In this document: positions 44,323-56,323 of the stretch, one piece after another
Position numbering within the stretch: position 1 is the first letter of the stretch
Layout: each line of letters begins with the position of its first letter
Assembly: GCA_003214615.1 (NCBI GenBank)
Contig: QCLK01000004.1
Location: forward strand, 36,301 to 100,300
From: Pelagibacteraceae bacterium AG-414-E02
GTDB lineage: Bacteria; Pseudomonadota; Alphaproteobacteria; Pelagibacterales; Pelagibacteraceae
Length of the DNA stretch: 64,000 bases
Direction: 5' to 3'
Program-made: the position numbers and the translations under genes
The notes under the pieces: model-generated
Told to the model about the DNA's origin: nothing
Database searches by the model: none
The model's input: the letters and a program-made list of their open reading frames with translations, nothing else

Positions 44323-45438
44323 TCAAATTTTCATGGGCATAACTACATGAAAACTATTTTTATCAGACAAATCTTTAATTAATGCGGGTGAACCACCATC
44401 TTTTAAATTAAGAATAATTGAATCATTTTCTATTTGAGAGGCAATATCTATAAGATATCTGCTATTAAAACTAATATTCATATCATTTGAACTAAATTCA
44501 GCTTTCATATTTTCAATACCTTCTCCGCTGTTTGGACTATTAACAGTTAACTGCAAAGAATCTTTAGATATAATCATCTTTAAGCCCTCTTTACGGTCAG
44601 AAGAAACTGTTGTTACTCTTTCTATGGAATTTTTGAATTCATTCAATTTTAGCTTTAATACCTTATCATTTTCTTTGGGAACTACTTTACTATAGTCGGG
44701 AAATCTACCATCTATTACTTTAGAAATTAATATACCGCTGGTCATTTCAAATTTAATTTTGGACTTATTATTTGATATTTTTACAACATTTGTATCTTGT
44801 TCTAATAAAGCTATAAGTTGATAAATAGTTTTTTTTGGTAAAATAATTGGTTCAAAATTAGTATTTGAATCAATTTCTAGACTGCTTGAAGAAAGTCTAT
44901 GACTATCAGTCGCAACACCAGATAAAAATACTCTGTTATCTAATTTTGTTTTGTGCAAATAAACTCCATTAAGATAATGTCTAGTTTCATCATTTGAAAT
45001 TGAAATTCTTGTTTTGTTTAAAAGTCTTAAAATTTTTTGTGAAGAAATTTCAAAAGTTTTCTGATTAATAGTTTCATCGGACAACGGAAAATTATCAGAT
45101 GAAATACATAATAAATTAAATTTTGAATTACCTGATATCATTTTTAACTTATTTGTGCTTTCAAGAGAAAATTCAACTTGTGAGTTTGGCTCCAATTTAC
45201 GTAAAATATCATAAAGTATACTAGCGGATGTAGTTGTTGATCCTTCTTTTTGCAAATTTTGCAATGAAATTTCTTCTGAATAAATCAGGTCAAGATCTGT
45301 TGCAGTAACTTTGATCTTTGAATTTTTTGCTTCAATTAAAACGTTTGATAAAATAGGTAAAGCATTTTTTTTTTCAATAATACCATGTGCGTGGCTTAAA
45401 GATTTTAAAAAAACATCACGATTTATTGTAAATTCCAT
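44323..45438 (-). CDS. dnaN: DNA polymerase III beta sliding clamp
   Basis: 371 aa beginning MEFTINRDVFLKSLSHAHGIIEKKNALPILSNVLIEA..., and ending ...VMPMKI. Confidence 0.9.
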   Translation of the reverse strand: MEFTINRDVFLKSLSHAHGIIEKKNALPILSNVLIEAKNSKIKVTATDLDLIYSEEISLQNLQKEGSTTTSASILYDILRKLEPNSQVEFSLESTNKLKMISGNSKFNLLCISSDNFPLSDETINQKTFEISSQKILRLLNKTRISISNDETRHYLNGVYLHKTKLDNRVFLSGVATDSHRLSSSSLEIDSNTNFEPIILPKKTIYQLIALLEQDTNVVKISNNKSKIKFEMTSGILISKVIDGRFPDYSKVVPKENDKVLKLKLNEFKNSIERVTTVSSDRKEGLKMIISKDSLQLTVNSPNSGEGIENMKAEFSSNDMNISFNSRYLIDIASQIENDSIILNLKDGGSPALIKDLSDKNSFHVVMPMKI

Positions 45439-45441
45439 TCC

Positions 45442-46836
45442 TCAAATATTGAAAAGTCTTTTTTTTATATCAATTACACTTTGTTTAATTTCGTTATCAT
45501 TTTTAATAAGTTCTTCAATTTTTTTTACAGCATGTATTACTGTTGTGTGGTCTCTATTAGAAAATTTTCTACCAATATCAGGTAATGAGTTAGTAGTATG
45601 CTGTTTTGCTAAATACATTGCTATTTGTCTAGGTCGAGCAAGTGATCTTGACCTTCTTGGAGATAACATTTCTTGAAGCCTAAGATTAAAATGAGCAGCT
45701 ACAGTATTTTGAATTGACTCAATATTTACGGCATTGCTGTTGTTGTTAACTATAAAATCTTTTAAAATTTTTTTACACTCATAAATATTTGGAGCCTTTT
45801 TATTTATTTTGCTAAAGGCTAAGATTCTATTTAAAGCTCCAACCATTTCTCTAATACTAGAGGAAACTTCTGATGCCAAAAAATTAAATACTTCATCTGT
45901 TAGCTCGCTAGTTTCGTTAAAATTTTTTCTAATTTGTTGAAATTTACTTTTTAAAATTTTTACTTTTAAACTCATATCGGGAGGCTGAATGTCAATTACC
46001 AATCCCCCTGCCATACGAGATTTTATTCTGTCTTGAATTCTGTCTAAGTTTGGCGGAGATCTATCTGATGATATTATAATTTGTGCACCTTTATCAATTA
46101 ATGCATTAAAGGTATGAAAGAACTCTTCTTGCATTGCTTCTTTGCCACTTAGAAACTGGATATCATCAATAATAAATACATTAGCTCTTCTAAAAAAATC
46201 TTTAAATTTCACCATATCATTTGTTTTTATAGATCTAACAAAATGATACATTAGCCTTTCAGCTGAAATGAATATTACTTTTTTAGAATTTTCAATTTCT
46301 AAACCTATGGCATTTAATAAATGAGTTTTCCCCATACCCACAGAGCTATAAATAAAAAGTGGATTATAATGTGATGAATTTATGCAAACTTTTTTTGCTG
46401 CAGTATATGCCAGTTCATTGCTTTCACCGACAATAAAATTTTCAAAATTATTATCAAAATTAAATCTGTTATAATTTAACAAAGAATCTTCAAATACTGG
46501 TGGTTTGCTTTTTTTGAAAGGATCGGGCTTTGAAGATTTAGTATCCGTTTCCTCAATTGAAAATTCTATTCTTTGAATGCTTTTTTTAAATGTTTTAATT
46601 ATATCCAATATTTTATCTGCGTACCTGGAAACTATCCAATCTCTAACAAATCTTGTAGGAGCGGACAAAATAACATAATGATTAAATTCTTTTTTTAGAG
46701 CTATACTTTTAATCCAGCTTTCATAAACATCTTTACCAAAATTTTCCTGGATTCTTTTTAGAACTATATTCCAATCCAAAAAATTTTCTTCTTTTGCGAA
46801 AGAAAGTTCTACATTTTTTTTTAAGATTTCTGACAT
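45442..46836 (-). CDS. dnaA: chromosomal replication initiator DnaA
   Basis: 464 aa with AAA+ GMGKTHLLNAIG, IIDDIQFL and domain IV ...RPRQIAMYLAKQHTTNSLPDIGRKFSNRDHTTVIHA. Confidence 0.95.
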   Translation of the reverse strand: MSEILKKNVELSFAKEENFLDWNIVLKRIQENFGKDVYESWIKSIALKKEFNHYVILSAPTRFVRDWIVSRYADKILDIIKTFKKSIQRIEFSIEETDTKSSKPDPFKKSKPPVFEDSLLNYNRFNFDNNFENFIVGESNELAYTAAKKVCINSSHYNPLFIYSSVGMGKTHLLNAIGLEIENSKKVIFISAERLMYHFVRSIKTNDMVKFKDFFRRANVFIIDDIQFLSGKEAMQEEFFHTFNALIDKGAQIIISSDRSPPNLDRIQDRIKSRMAGGLVIDIQPPDMSLKVKILKSKFQQIRKNFNETSELTDEVFNFLASEVSSSIREMVGALNRILAFSKINKKAPNIYECKKILKDFIVNNNSNAVNIESIQNTVAAHFNLRLQEMLSPRRSRSLARPRQIAMYLAKQHTTNSLPDIGRKFSNRDHTTVIHAVKKIEELIKNDNEIKQSVIDIKKRLFNI

Positions 46837-46920
46837 AATGAAATTTAATTTAGAATTAAAATACTTCTATTTTTTTTTTAAATTATATGCAATACCTTTA
46901 GGTTGTATTGTTAAAATTTA

Positions 46921-47022
46921 TTTTCTTTGAATGGTTGTATTTTTTAAATTTTTTTTTTCAAACTTTAAAAATTTTTCTTGACGTAGTTTTCTTTGAATAG
47001 TTGTATTTTTTAAATTTTTTTT
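46921..47022. repeat. two 36-nt direct repeats (46921-46956 and 46987-47022, 35/36 identical, 66-bp period) upstream of dnaA
   Basis: The unit is TTTTCTTTGAAT(G/A)GTTGTATTTTTTAAATTTTTTTT. A degenerate third core, GGTTGTATT, sits at 46901-46909. Read directly from the sequence. Confidence 0.8.
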
Positions 47023-47167
47023 ACTTTATCATCAAAATTTTAGAAAAAATTTTTTTACAAATGCAACTTTGAATACCGACTAGATCTAGATTTTTTTTTT
47101 AAAATTGAACTTTATTTAGTGATAAAAAAAGTTATATCAAACAATAATCAACTATTAATTGACTAAT

Positions 47168-47437
47168 TTATTTTTTTTTAAAATTATTGATTTTTTTAGT
47201 GACTCTAGAAATTTTTCTTGAAGCTGTTTTTTTTGTTATAACCCCTGTTTTTGCTATTTTCATCAATTGAGAGTGGAATTTTGGAAGAAAACTTTTAGCT
47301 TCTTTAACTTTTCCCGTTTCAAGATAGATGGACATCTTTTTTACAGCTGCCCTATATTTGCTTTTTCTTATCCTATTTATTGATGTTTGGAATCTGGTTT
47401 TTTTTACTCTCCTGATTGCAGATTTAATATTTGGCAT
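47168..47437 (-). CDS. rpsT: 30S ribosomal protein S20
   Basis: 89 aa, basic, beginning MPNIKSAIRRVKK.... Confidence 0.9.
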   Translation of the reverse strand: MPNIKSAIRRVKKTRFQTSINRIRKSKYRAAVKKMSIYLETGKVKEAKSFLPKFHSQLMKIAKTGVITKKTASRKISRVTKKINNFKKK

Positions 47438-47483
47438 AAAGTGGTGAATGTATATCTTTTTGATTGATATGGGTCAATACCAT

Positions 47484-48344
47484 TTAATTTTGACAATGAT
47501 CACAATAAAAAGATGATCTATTAGATATTGATATTTTTTTTATTTTTCCTTTACAAGAAATACGAGAACAATTTTTATTTTCTCTTCCATATACATTAAA
47601 AAATTGCTGAAAATTACCACTTTTACCATATGTGTTTTTAAAATCTCTAATTGATGAGCCTCCTTGATTAATAGAAATTTTCAAAACTTTTATAATGTTG
47701 CGAATTAGGGTTTTAATGCTATTTCTTTTTAAATTACTACATTTCTTTAATGGATGAATTTTAGATAAAAATAAAGCTTCATTTACGTAAATATTACCAA
47801 GTCCACTTACAAACGTTTGGTCCATTAATAAATTTTTAATATTTTTTTGCCTATTTTTGATAAACTTTATAAAATATTTAACGTCAAATAAATTGCTAAA
47901 AGGCTCTGGTCCAAGTTTTTTCAAAAAGGTAATTTTTTCTAGGTCTAGATTTTCATATAATTTGAAAAAGCCAAATCTTCTTACATCGTTATAAATCAAA
48001 GTACAATTGTTGTTTAACATAAAATAAATGTGGTTATGTTTTGGCAAAATATTTAAATCATAATAAAAACTAGTTTTTAATAGCTTATTATTTTTTTTTG
48101 AAACTAAAAATTTGCCACTCATCCCCAAATGTACTAAAAGCAATTTATCTTTAAAGTGAAAAATTAAATATTTTGATCTTCTTGAAATTTTTAATATTTT
48201 TTTATTAATTAATTTTTTGTATAAAGTTCCAGGTATTTTATAACGTAAATTTTTATTATTAATTTTTATATCAATAATTTTCGCTTTATTTATCATTTTA
48301 AATAAAGATCTTTTTACAATTTCTATTTCTGGGAGTTCTGGCAT
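47484..48344 (-). CDS. mutM: formamidopyrimidine-DNA glycosylase
   Basis: The MPELPEIE N-terminus carries the catalytic Pro2. It also has H2TH and a C-terminal zinc finger, C..C...C..C. Confidence 0.9.
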   Translation of the reverse strand: MPELPEIEIVKRSLFKMINKAKIIDIKINNKNLRYKIPGTLYKKLINKKILKISRRSKYLIFHFKDKLLLVHLGMSGKFLVSKKNNKLLKTSFYYDLNILPKHNHIYFMLNNNCTLIYNDVRRFGFFKLYENLDLEKITFLKKLGPEPFSNLFDVKYFIKFIKNRQKNIKNLLMDQTFVSGLGNIYVNEALFLSKIHPLKKCSNLKRNSIKTLIRNIIKVLKISINQGGSSIRDFKNTYGKSGNFQQFFNVYGRENKNCSRISCKGKIKKISISNRSSFYCDHCQN

Positions 48345-48396
48345 TTGTATATTATATATATTGTGAAAAAACTTAACATATGATCTATTAAATTAA

Positions 48397-49101
48397 ATGA
48401 AAACCTATCATGAAAGTAACGAAAGACTTGTAACAAAAGTTTTTCAAGATGTTTTTGACAAATATGACCTGATGAATGATTTAATGTCCTTAGGTATTCA
48501 TAGACTTTGGAAAAAAAATTTTATTAATTGGTTAAATCCACATAAAAAAACAACTTTAATTGATGTTGCGTCTGGCACTGGAGATATAGCTAAATTATAT
48601 TTAGAAAAAATAAACTATGATGGTTTTGCGTATTGTGTTGATGAAAATAAAAGCATGCTCGAATTAAATAAAAAAAAATTTAAAAAAAATGCTAATGTTA
48701 AATGGTATTGTAATAACGCTGAAAAACTTCCTTTTAAAAACAATTATTTTGATTATTACACAATTAGCTTTGGTATCAGAAATGTTAATAATTTAAACAA
48801 CGCATTAAAAGAAGCTCATCGCGTGCTTAAACCTGGCGGCAGATTTTTATGTCTGGAATTTTCAAAAGTTAAAAATGAAATTTTAAATAAATTTTATAAA
48901 ATTTATTCGAGATCAATACCTCAAATTGGTAAGCTTGTAGTAGGAAAATCAGAACCATACGAATATTTAATCAATAGTATTGAAGAGTTTTATTCACAAG
49001 AGGAGTTTTTTAAACAAATTAAAAAGCAAAATTTTACAAACGTTTCTTTTAGAAATTTAAATGGTGGTATCGTTGCTATTCACTCTGCCTGGAAAGTTTA
49101 A
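48397..49101 (+). CDS. ubiE: ubiquinone/menaquinone biosynthesis C-methyltransferase
   Basis: YDLMNDLMSLGIHRLWK, DVASGTGD and TISFGIRNV. Confidence 0.9.
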   Translation: MKTYHESNERLVTKVFQDVFDKYDLMNDLMSLGIHRLWKKNFINWLNPHKKTTLIDVASGTGDIAKLYLEKINYDGFAYCVDENKSMLELNKKKFKKNANVKWYCNNAEKLPFKNNYFDYYTISFGIRNVNNLNNALKEAHRVLKPGGRFLCLEFSKVKNEILNKFYKIYSRSIPQIGKLVVGKSEPYEYLINSIEEFYSQEEFFKQIKKQNFTNVSFRNLNGGIVAIHSAWKV

Positions 49102-49103
49102 AA

Positions 49104-50675
49104 ATGTTTAAAAAATTATTTACATTATTTAAAATTGGAAGAAAATTATCAACTTCAGGAGCAACTTCTTCTATTTATGAAATTTATAATCCTCCAATTA
49201 CAATTAAAATATTGTTTTTTATAATTGGATTTAGCTTTAATGGTAAAAAAAATAATGAAAATTTATCTTCGGGAGCAAAATTGTGCAACGCATTACAAAG
49301 TATGGGCACAACCTTTATAAAATTAGGGCAATTTTTAGCAACAAGACCTGATATTATTGGAGAAAATATTGCAAAAGAATTAGAAAAACTTCAAGATAAA
49401 TTACCTCCTTTTGATTTGGAAGAGGCAAAAAATATATTACGGACAGAGCTTGAAAAAGAAAATTTTGATAAAATAACAAGTTTCTCTAATCCAATAGCAG
49501 CTGCCTCTATAGCTCAAGTACATTTTGCAAAAATTAAGGATTCTTCTGGTAACGAAAAAGAAGTTGCTATTAAAATTTTAAGGCCAAAAATAGAAAAAAT
49601 ATTTAATGAAGAGTTAGATGCCTTAATGCTTCTAGCCTATATGGTTCAAAGTCTCATAAAAAAAACAAAAAGACTAAAGTTAGTTGAAATTGTACAGCTA
49701 CTTCGTGAAATTACTAATGTAGAAATGGATCTCAGGTTTGAAGCTGCGGCGGCTAATGAACTTTATGAAAATACAAAAAATGATATTGGTTTCAAAGTTC
49801 CAAAAATTTATTGGAATCAAACAGGTAAAAAAGTTCTTTGTTTAGAGAAGGTAGAAGGAATTTCAATAAGAGAAGTTGAAAATTTAAAATCTCAAAACAT
49901 TGATATAAAAAAGCTTTCTAGGGATATTATACAGCATTTTTTAAGACATGCAGTTAGAGATGGTTTTTTTCACGCTGATATGCATCAAGGAAATTTATTT
50001 ATTACAAAGGATGGAAATATAGTGCCGGTCGATTTTGGAATAATGGGTAGACTAGATAAAAATAATAGAAAGTATTTAGCTGAGATACTTTATGGCTTTA
50101 TCAAAAGAGATTATAAAAAAGTAGCCGAAGTACATTTCATGGCAGGATTAGTTCCGAAAAATGTGTCTAAGGATGAATTTGCCCAAGCTTTGCGTTCTAT
50201 AGGAGAACCAATCTTCGGACAATCAGTAAAAAACATTTCGGGCGGTAAACTATTAAGTCAACTTTTTGAAATTACTGAAAAATTTAATATGCAAACTCAA
50301 ATACAATTATTACTTTTACAAAAAACAATGGTGGTGGTTGAGGGGGTTGCCAGAAAACTTGATCCTGACACAAATATATGGATGATTTCAAAACCAGTAT
50401 TGGAAAATTGGCTAAGAGAAATTAAAGACCCGATTAATGAAGCAAGCAAAGTTATAACTGAAGCTTCAGAAGTACTTAAAAGACTACCAGATTTACCTAA
50501 TATTATGGACAAAGCCAATGATGTCATGAGTTTAATAGCAGAAGGTAAATTTAATCCAAACACTTTTGCTTATCGTAGTTTGAAAGAAGAAGAACTAAAG
50601 CTAGAATTAATGCGTAACAAGATATTAGGGGGAGTTTTAGTACTTGTAATTATTGTTCTCATAGTATTCAAATAA
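49104..50675 (+). CDS. ubiB: ubiquinone biosynthesis protein kinase-like UbiB (ABC1/ADCK)
   Basis: 523 aa with GTTFIKLGQFLATRPD, AAASIAQVH, FFHADMHQGN and a C-terminal TM segment. Confidence 0.9.
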   Translation: MFKKLFTLFKIGRKLSTSGATSSIYEIYNPPITIKILFFIIGFSFNGKKNNENLSSGAKLCNALQSMGTTFIKLGQFLATRPDIIGENIAKELEKLQDKLPPFDLEEAKNILRTELEKENFDKITSFSNPIAAASIAQVHFAKIKDSSGNEKEVAIKILRPKIEKIFNEELDALMLLAYMVQSLIKKTKRLKLVEIVQLLREITNVEMDLRFEAAAANELYENTKNDIGFKVPKIYWNQTGKKVLCLEKVEGISIREVENLKSQNIDIKKLSRDIIQHFLRHAVRDGFFHADMHQGNLFITKDGNIVPVDFGIMGRLDKNNRKYLAEILYGFIKRDYKKVAEVHFMAGLVPKNVSKDEFAQALRSIGEPIFGQSVKNISGGKLLSQLFEITEKFNMQTQIQLLLLQKTMVVVEGVARKLDPDTNIWMISKPVLENWLREIKDPINEASKVITEASEVLKRLPDLPNIMDKANDVMSLIAEGKFNPNTFAYRSLKEEELKLELMRNKILGGVLVLVIIVLIVFK

Positions 50676-50682
50676 ACAAATT

Positions 50683-51876
50683 ATGAAGAAGAAGAAAATT
50701 ATTTTAATTATTGGTGGTGGAATTGCTGCTTATAAATCTCTTGACTTAATTCGATTATTAAAAAAACGAGAGTGTGAAATAAAGGTTATTTTAACAGCAT
50801 CTGGAAAAAAATTTGTGACTCCTTTATCAATTTCTGCTTTATCTCAAAATAAAGTTTACCAAGATATTTTTGATAGTGATAGAGAAGCTGAAATGGATCA
50901 TATATCTTTATCAAGGTGGTGTGATATCATTTTATTTTGTCCTATTACTGCAAATTCAATGGCGAAGCTAGCCACTGGTAGAGCCGACGATTTAGCATCT
51001 ACACTAGTATTGGCATCCAATAAACAGGTTGTATTAGCCCCTGCTATGAATGTCAGAATGTGGCTTCATAAATCTACTCAAAATAATATTAAAAAATTAT
51101 TGGACTTTGGATATTTGACCGTAGGACCATCAACTGGAGAAATGGCTTGTGGAGAATATGGTGAAGGTAAAATGTCATCACCAGAACAAATATATGAATT
51201 TTTAAATAACTATTTTTCTGAAAGGGATATAGTAAAAAATAAAAATTTAAAAGCACTTGTCACTGCAGGACCTACAAAAGAATATATAGATCCTGTTAGG
51301 TTTATAACAAATAACTCAAGTGGCAAACAAGGATATGAAATTGCAAATTCACTTGCAAAATTTGGTGTAGAAACAACATTAATATCAGGTCCTTCTACGC
51401 TACAAAAACCTGAAAATGTAAATATTGTAAAGGTAGAGACCGCTGATCAAATGTATAGAGAAACTAAAAAATTATTACCCGTTGATATAGCAGTGTGTTC
51501 AGCTGCTATAAGCGATTTTAAGCCGGAAAAATATGAAACAAAAAAAATTAAAAAGAATACTTTAAATTTAAATCTTAAGAGAAATATAGATATATTAGAA
51601 TTTCTATCAAAACATAATTCACAGAGACCTAAATTAGTAGTTGGTTTTGCTGCTGAAACAAACGATATTTTAAAATTTGCAACGGAAAAAAAGAATATAA
51701 AATATTGTGATTGGATTGTTGCAAATGATATTTCTGACTCGGAAATTGGATTTAATTCTGAATATAATGCTGTTTCCATAATTGATGGCAATAGAGTTGA
51801 AAAAATAGAAAAAAATCTAAAATCTTATATAGCAAATAAAATAGCTAAAAAAATAATTAATAATTTTACCCAATAG
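50683..51876 (+). CDS. coaBC: bifunctional phosphopantothenoylcysteine decarboxylase / synthetase
   Basis: 397 aa with a flavoprotein N-domain (GGGIAAYK, PAMN.RMW) and CoaB domain (TAGPT.E.IDPVRFITN.SSGK). Confidence 0.9.
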   Translation: MKKKKIILIIGGGIAAYKSLDLIRLLKKRECEIKVILTASGKKFVTPLSISALSQNKVYQDIFDSDREAEMDHISLSRWCDIILFCPITANSMAKLATGRADDLASTLVLASNKQVVLAPAMNVRMWLHKSTQNNIKKLLDFGYLTVGPSTGEMACGEYGEGKMSSPEQIYEFLNNYFSERDIVKNKNLKALVTAGPTKEYIDPVRFITNNSSGKQGYEIANSLAKFGVETTLISGPSTLQKPENVNIVKVETADQMYRETKKLLPVDIAVCSAAISDFKPEKYETKKIKKNTLNLNLKRNIDILEFLSKHNSQRPKLVVGFAAETNDILKFATEKKNIKYCDWIVANDISDSEIGFNSEYNAVSIIDGNRVEKIEKNLKSYIANKIAKKIINNFTQ

Positions 51877-51881
51877 CTCAT

Positions 51882-52319
51882 ATGGTAAAAATATTAGCTA
51901 AAAAATTTAACAAGAATATTAAATTTCCTGCATATAAAACTTCAGGATCTTCGGGAATGGATTTAAAAGCATTTATAAAAAAAGAAACAACTATTAAACC
52001 AGGTGAAATATCAATGATCCCAACTGGCATAGCTATAGCAATCCCAAAAAATTATGAAATACAAATAAGACCGAGATCAGGCTTAGCTGCAAATAAAGGA
52101 GTTTCTGTTTTAAACACACCAGGTACTATTGATTCAGATTATAGGGGAGAAATAAAAATTATTTTAATAAATTTAAGTAAAAAAAAATTTATAGTTAAAT
52201 CAGGTGACAGAATTGCACAGATGGTTTTATGTCCTGTAGCGACAGGTAAGTTTAAAGAGGTTAAAAATTTGCCTAAAAGTGTAAGAGGAAAAAGAGGCTT
52301 TGGATCAACTGGAAGATAA
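51882..52319 (+). CDS. dut: dUTP diphosphatase
   Basis: 145 aa with PRSGLA, GTIDSDYRGE and C-terminal RG..GFGSTG. Confidence 0.9.
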   Translation: MVKILAKKFNKNIKFPAYKTSGSSGMDLKAFIKKETTIKPGEISMIPTGIAIAIPKNYEIQIRPRSGLAANKGVSVLNTPGTIDSDYRGEIKIILINLSKKKFIVKSGDRIAQMVLCPVATGKFKEVKNLPKSVRGKRGFGSTGR

Positions 52320-52328
52320 AATAATTTA

Positions 52329-53087
52329 ATGAAATTTAGTAAAAATCAAATAGAAAGATATTCGAGACAAATAATTTTAAAAAAAGTTGGAATCATAGGT
52401 CAAAAAAAACTTTTAAAATCTAGCGTTTTAATTGTTGGTGCTGGCGGACTAGGATCTCCGATTGCTATTTATTTATCTGCTTTGGGAATTGGAAAAATTG
52501 GAGTAATCGATAAAGATCATGTGGAAATATCTAATCTTGGACGTCAAATTATTTTTGAAACTAATGATTTAAAAAAAAGTAAGTCAGCTGCTGCAATTCG
52601 TAGGTTAAGAAAAATTAATCCAGATATAAAACTTAAATCTTTTAATAAAAATCTAACAAAACTAAATATAAATCAAATAGCAAAAAATTTTGATTTAATA
52701 GTTGATGGAAGTGACAATTTTCGCACACGTTTCTTAATAAATGACTATTGCTTAAAAAATAAAAAAATTTTAGTTTCTGGCGCTATTAGTAAATTTGATG
52801 GTCAAGTTTACACTTTTAATTTTTCTAAAAAAAGTTCACCCTGTCTTAGATGCTTTATCCCTAAAATGCCTAGTAACCCTGATATTGATAATTGTGAATA
52901 TGAGGGTGTTTTAGGGCCTCTAGCAGGCATAATTGGCAGCATCCTGGCAAATGAAGTTGTTAAAGAAATTCTTCAAATTGGAGATGGTCTTTGTGGCTAT
53001 GTCTTAATTATAGATTCTTTAAAACTCAATTTTAGAAAAGCAAAACTGAACAAACGTTCTGATTGTTACTGTAATGAAAAAAAGTGA
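52329..53087 (+). CDS. ThiF/MoeB/HesA-family adenylyltransferase
   Basis: 252 aa with RYSRQI, VGAGGLGSP and CxxC...CxxC-type Cys pairs. Confidence 0.7.
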   Translation: MKFSKNQIERYSRQIILKKVGIIGQKKLLKSSVLIVGAGGLGSPIAIYLSALGIGKIGVIDKDHVEISNLGRQIIFETNDLKKSKSAAAIRRLRKINPDIKLKSFNKNLTKLNINQIAKNFDLIVDGSDNFRTRFLINDYCLKNKKILVSGAISKFDGQVYTFNFSKKSSPCLRCFIPKMPSNPDIDNCEYEGVLGPLAGIIGSILANEVVKEILQIGDGLCGYVLIIDSLKLNFRKAKLNKRSDCYCNEKK

Positions 53088-53547
53088 TAAATATTATCCA
53101 CTACTTTTAGCTTTATTTTTTTTAGTTTTATTTTTTATCTCAAAATCTTTTGCAAGTGAAGTGACCAGTTTTTTATCTTTAAAAAATAATAAAGTAAATT
53201 TACGTCAAGGGCCCTCCTTTGAATATCCTATAAAATTAATATATAAAAAAAAGTATTTGCCTGTTAAAATTTTAGAAAAATCAGAAACTTGGAGAAAAGT
53301 TAGAGATTTAGAAAATAATGTAGGTTGGATACATACTTCTCAATTATCAAAAAAAAAATCTGCAATAAATACAAAAAAAAATTCTATTCTTTATAAAAAA
53401 CCTACAATCTTTTCAAAGCCAATTGCAGTGCTTGAAATTGGGAGATTGGTTTTAATTGAAAAATGTAAAACTGATTGGTGTAAGGTTATTTCCGATAGTT
53501 TTAAAGGCTGGGTTTTAAAAGATTCTTTATGGGGAAAAGTTGATTAA
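53074..53547 (+). CDS. secreted bacterial SH3-domain protein (two SH3b-like repeats)
   Basis: 157 aa with a signal peptide. It has the repeated pattern ...NLRQGPSFEYPIKLIYKKKYLPVKILEKSETWRKVRD..GWIH... and ...GRLVLIEKCKTDWCKV....GWV. Confidence 0.6.
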   Translation: MKKSDKYYPLLLALFFLVLFFISKSFASEVTSFLSLKNNKVNLRQGPSFEYPIKLIYKKKYLPVKILEKSETWRKVRDLENNVGWIHTSQLSKKKSAINTKKNSILYKKPTIFSKPIAVLEIGRLVLIEKCKTDWCKVISDSFKGWVLKDSLWGKVD

Positions 53548-53559
53548 AAATTTTTAATT

Positions 53560-55801
<2,242 letters not shown>

Positions 55802-55815
55802 GTAGAGTCAATATG

Positions 55816-56223
55816 TCAGACAATCTTCACTAGAACTTCTACAGATTTGATTTTTTTTCCATTTGGTGCTTTTGGCAAATTTCCTACTAAAATATTCTTA
55901 TCTTCTATATCAACCAACTGCGACATTCGTTCATCATAAAAATGATGGTGGTGTTTTGTATTTGTATCAAAAAAAGTTTTATTTCCTTTTATTGAAATTT
56001 CTTTTAAATAGCCTCTGTTTTTTAATGAATGGACAGTGTTATATAAGGTTGCTAAGGAGATTTTTTTTCTGCTGTCTTTTTCGACAATTTTTTTTAATTT
56101 CTCAATTGTAAAATGAAATGTTTCTTTTTTGTTGAACAGCGACTTGCATATAGCAAGTCTTTGTTTTGTTGGTCTTAAACCTGCCGCTCTAAGTCTTTCT
56201 ATGTGAAATTCTAACTGGTCCAT
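55816..56223 (-). CDS. irr: Fur-family iron response regulator Irr
   Basis: The start is taken at ATG 56223 (MDQLEFHIERLRAAGLRPTKQRLAI...). SLATLYNT and KTFFDTNTKHHHHFYDE (HHH heme-associated motif) are present, and there are no CxxC pairs. It is divergent from fabA, as in other alphaproteobacteria. Confidence 0.8.
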   Translation of the reverse strand: MDQLEFHIERLRAAGLRPTKQRLAICKSLFNKKETFHFTIEKLKKIVEKDSRKKISLATLYNTVHSLKNRGYLKEISIKGNKTFFDTNTKHHHHFYDERMSQLVDIEDKNILVGNLPKAPNGKKIKSVEVLVKIV

Positions 56224-56323
56224 TTTCTTTAAAAAATAGTGCTTTTGCCTTCTTTTTAATTTATAATCTTTTTTAACTAAATATATGTAATAAAGTATCT
56301 GAATCAAGTATTAGTTTGTTTGT

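Noticed and set aside
45311-45676. 121-aa plus-strand ORF spanning the dnaN/dnaA junction
   Set aside because: It is antisense to two strongly supported genes and has no motif content.
46845-46859. Perfect CtrA-type box TTAA-N7-TTAA 9 nt upstream of the dnaA start codon
   Set aside because: At about 70% AT this motif is expected many times by chance in 64 kb (order of ten by rough estimate). It is mentioned only as context for the spacer finding.
47080-47100. Palindrome CTAGATCTAG plus T10 as an intrinsic terminator
   Set aside because: The palindrome has no loop (at best a 3-bp stem as RNA), and no plus-strand gene ends upstream of it. On the minus strand the run is A-rich and precedes the palindrome.
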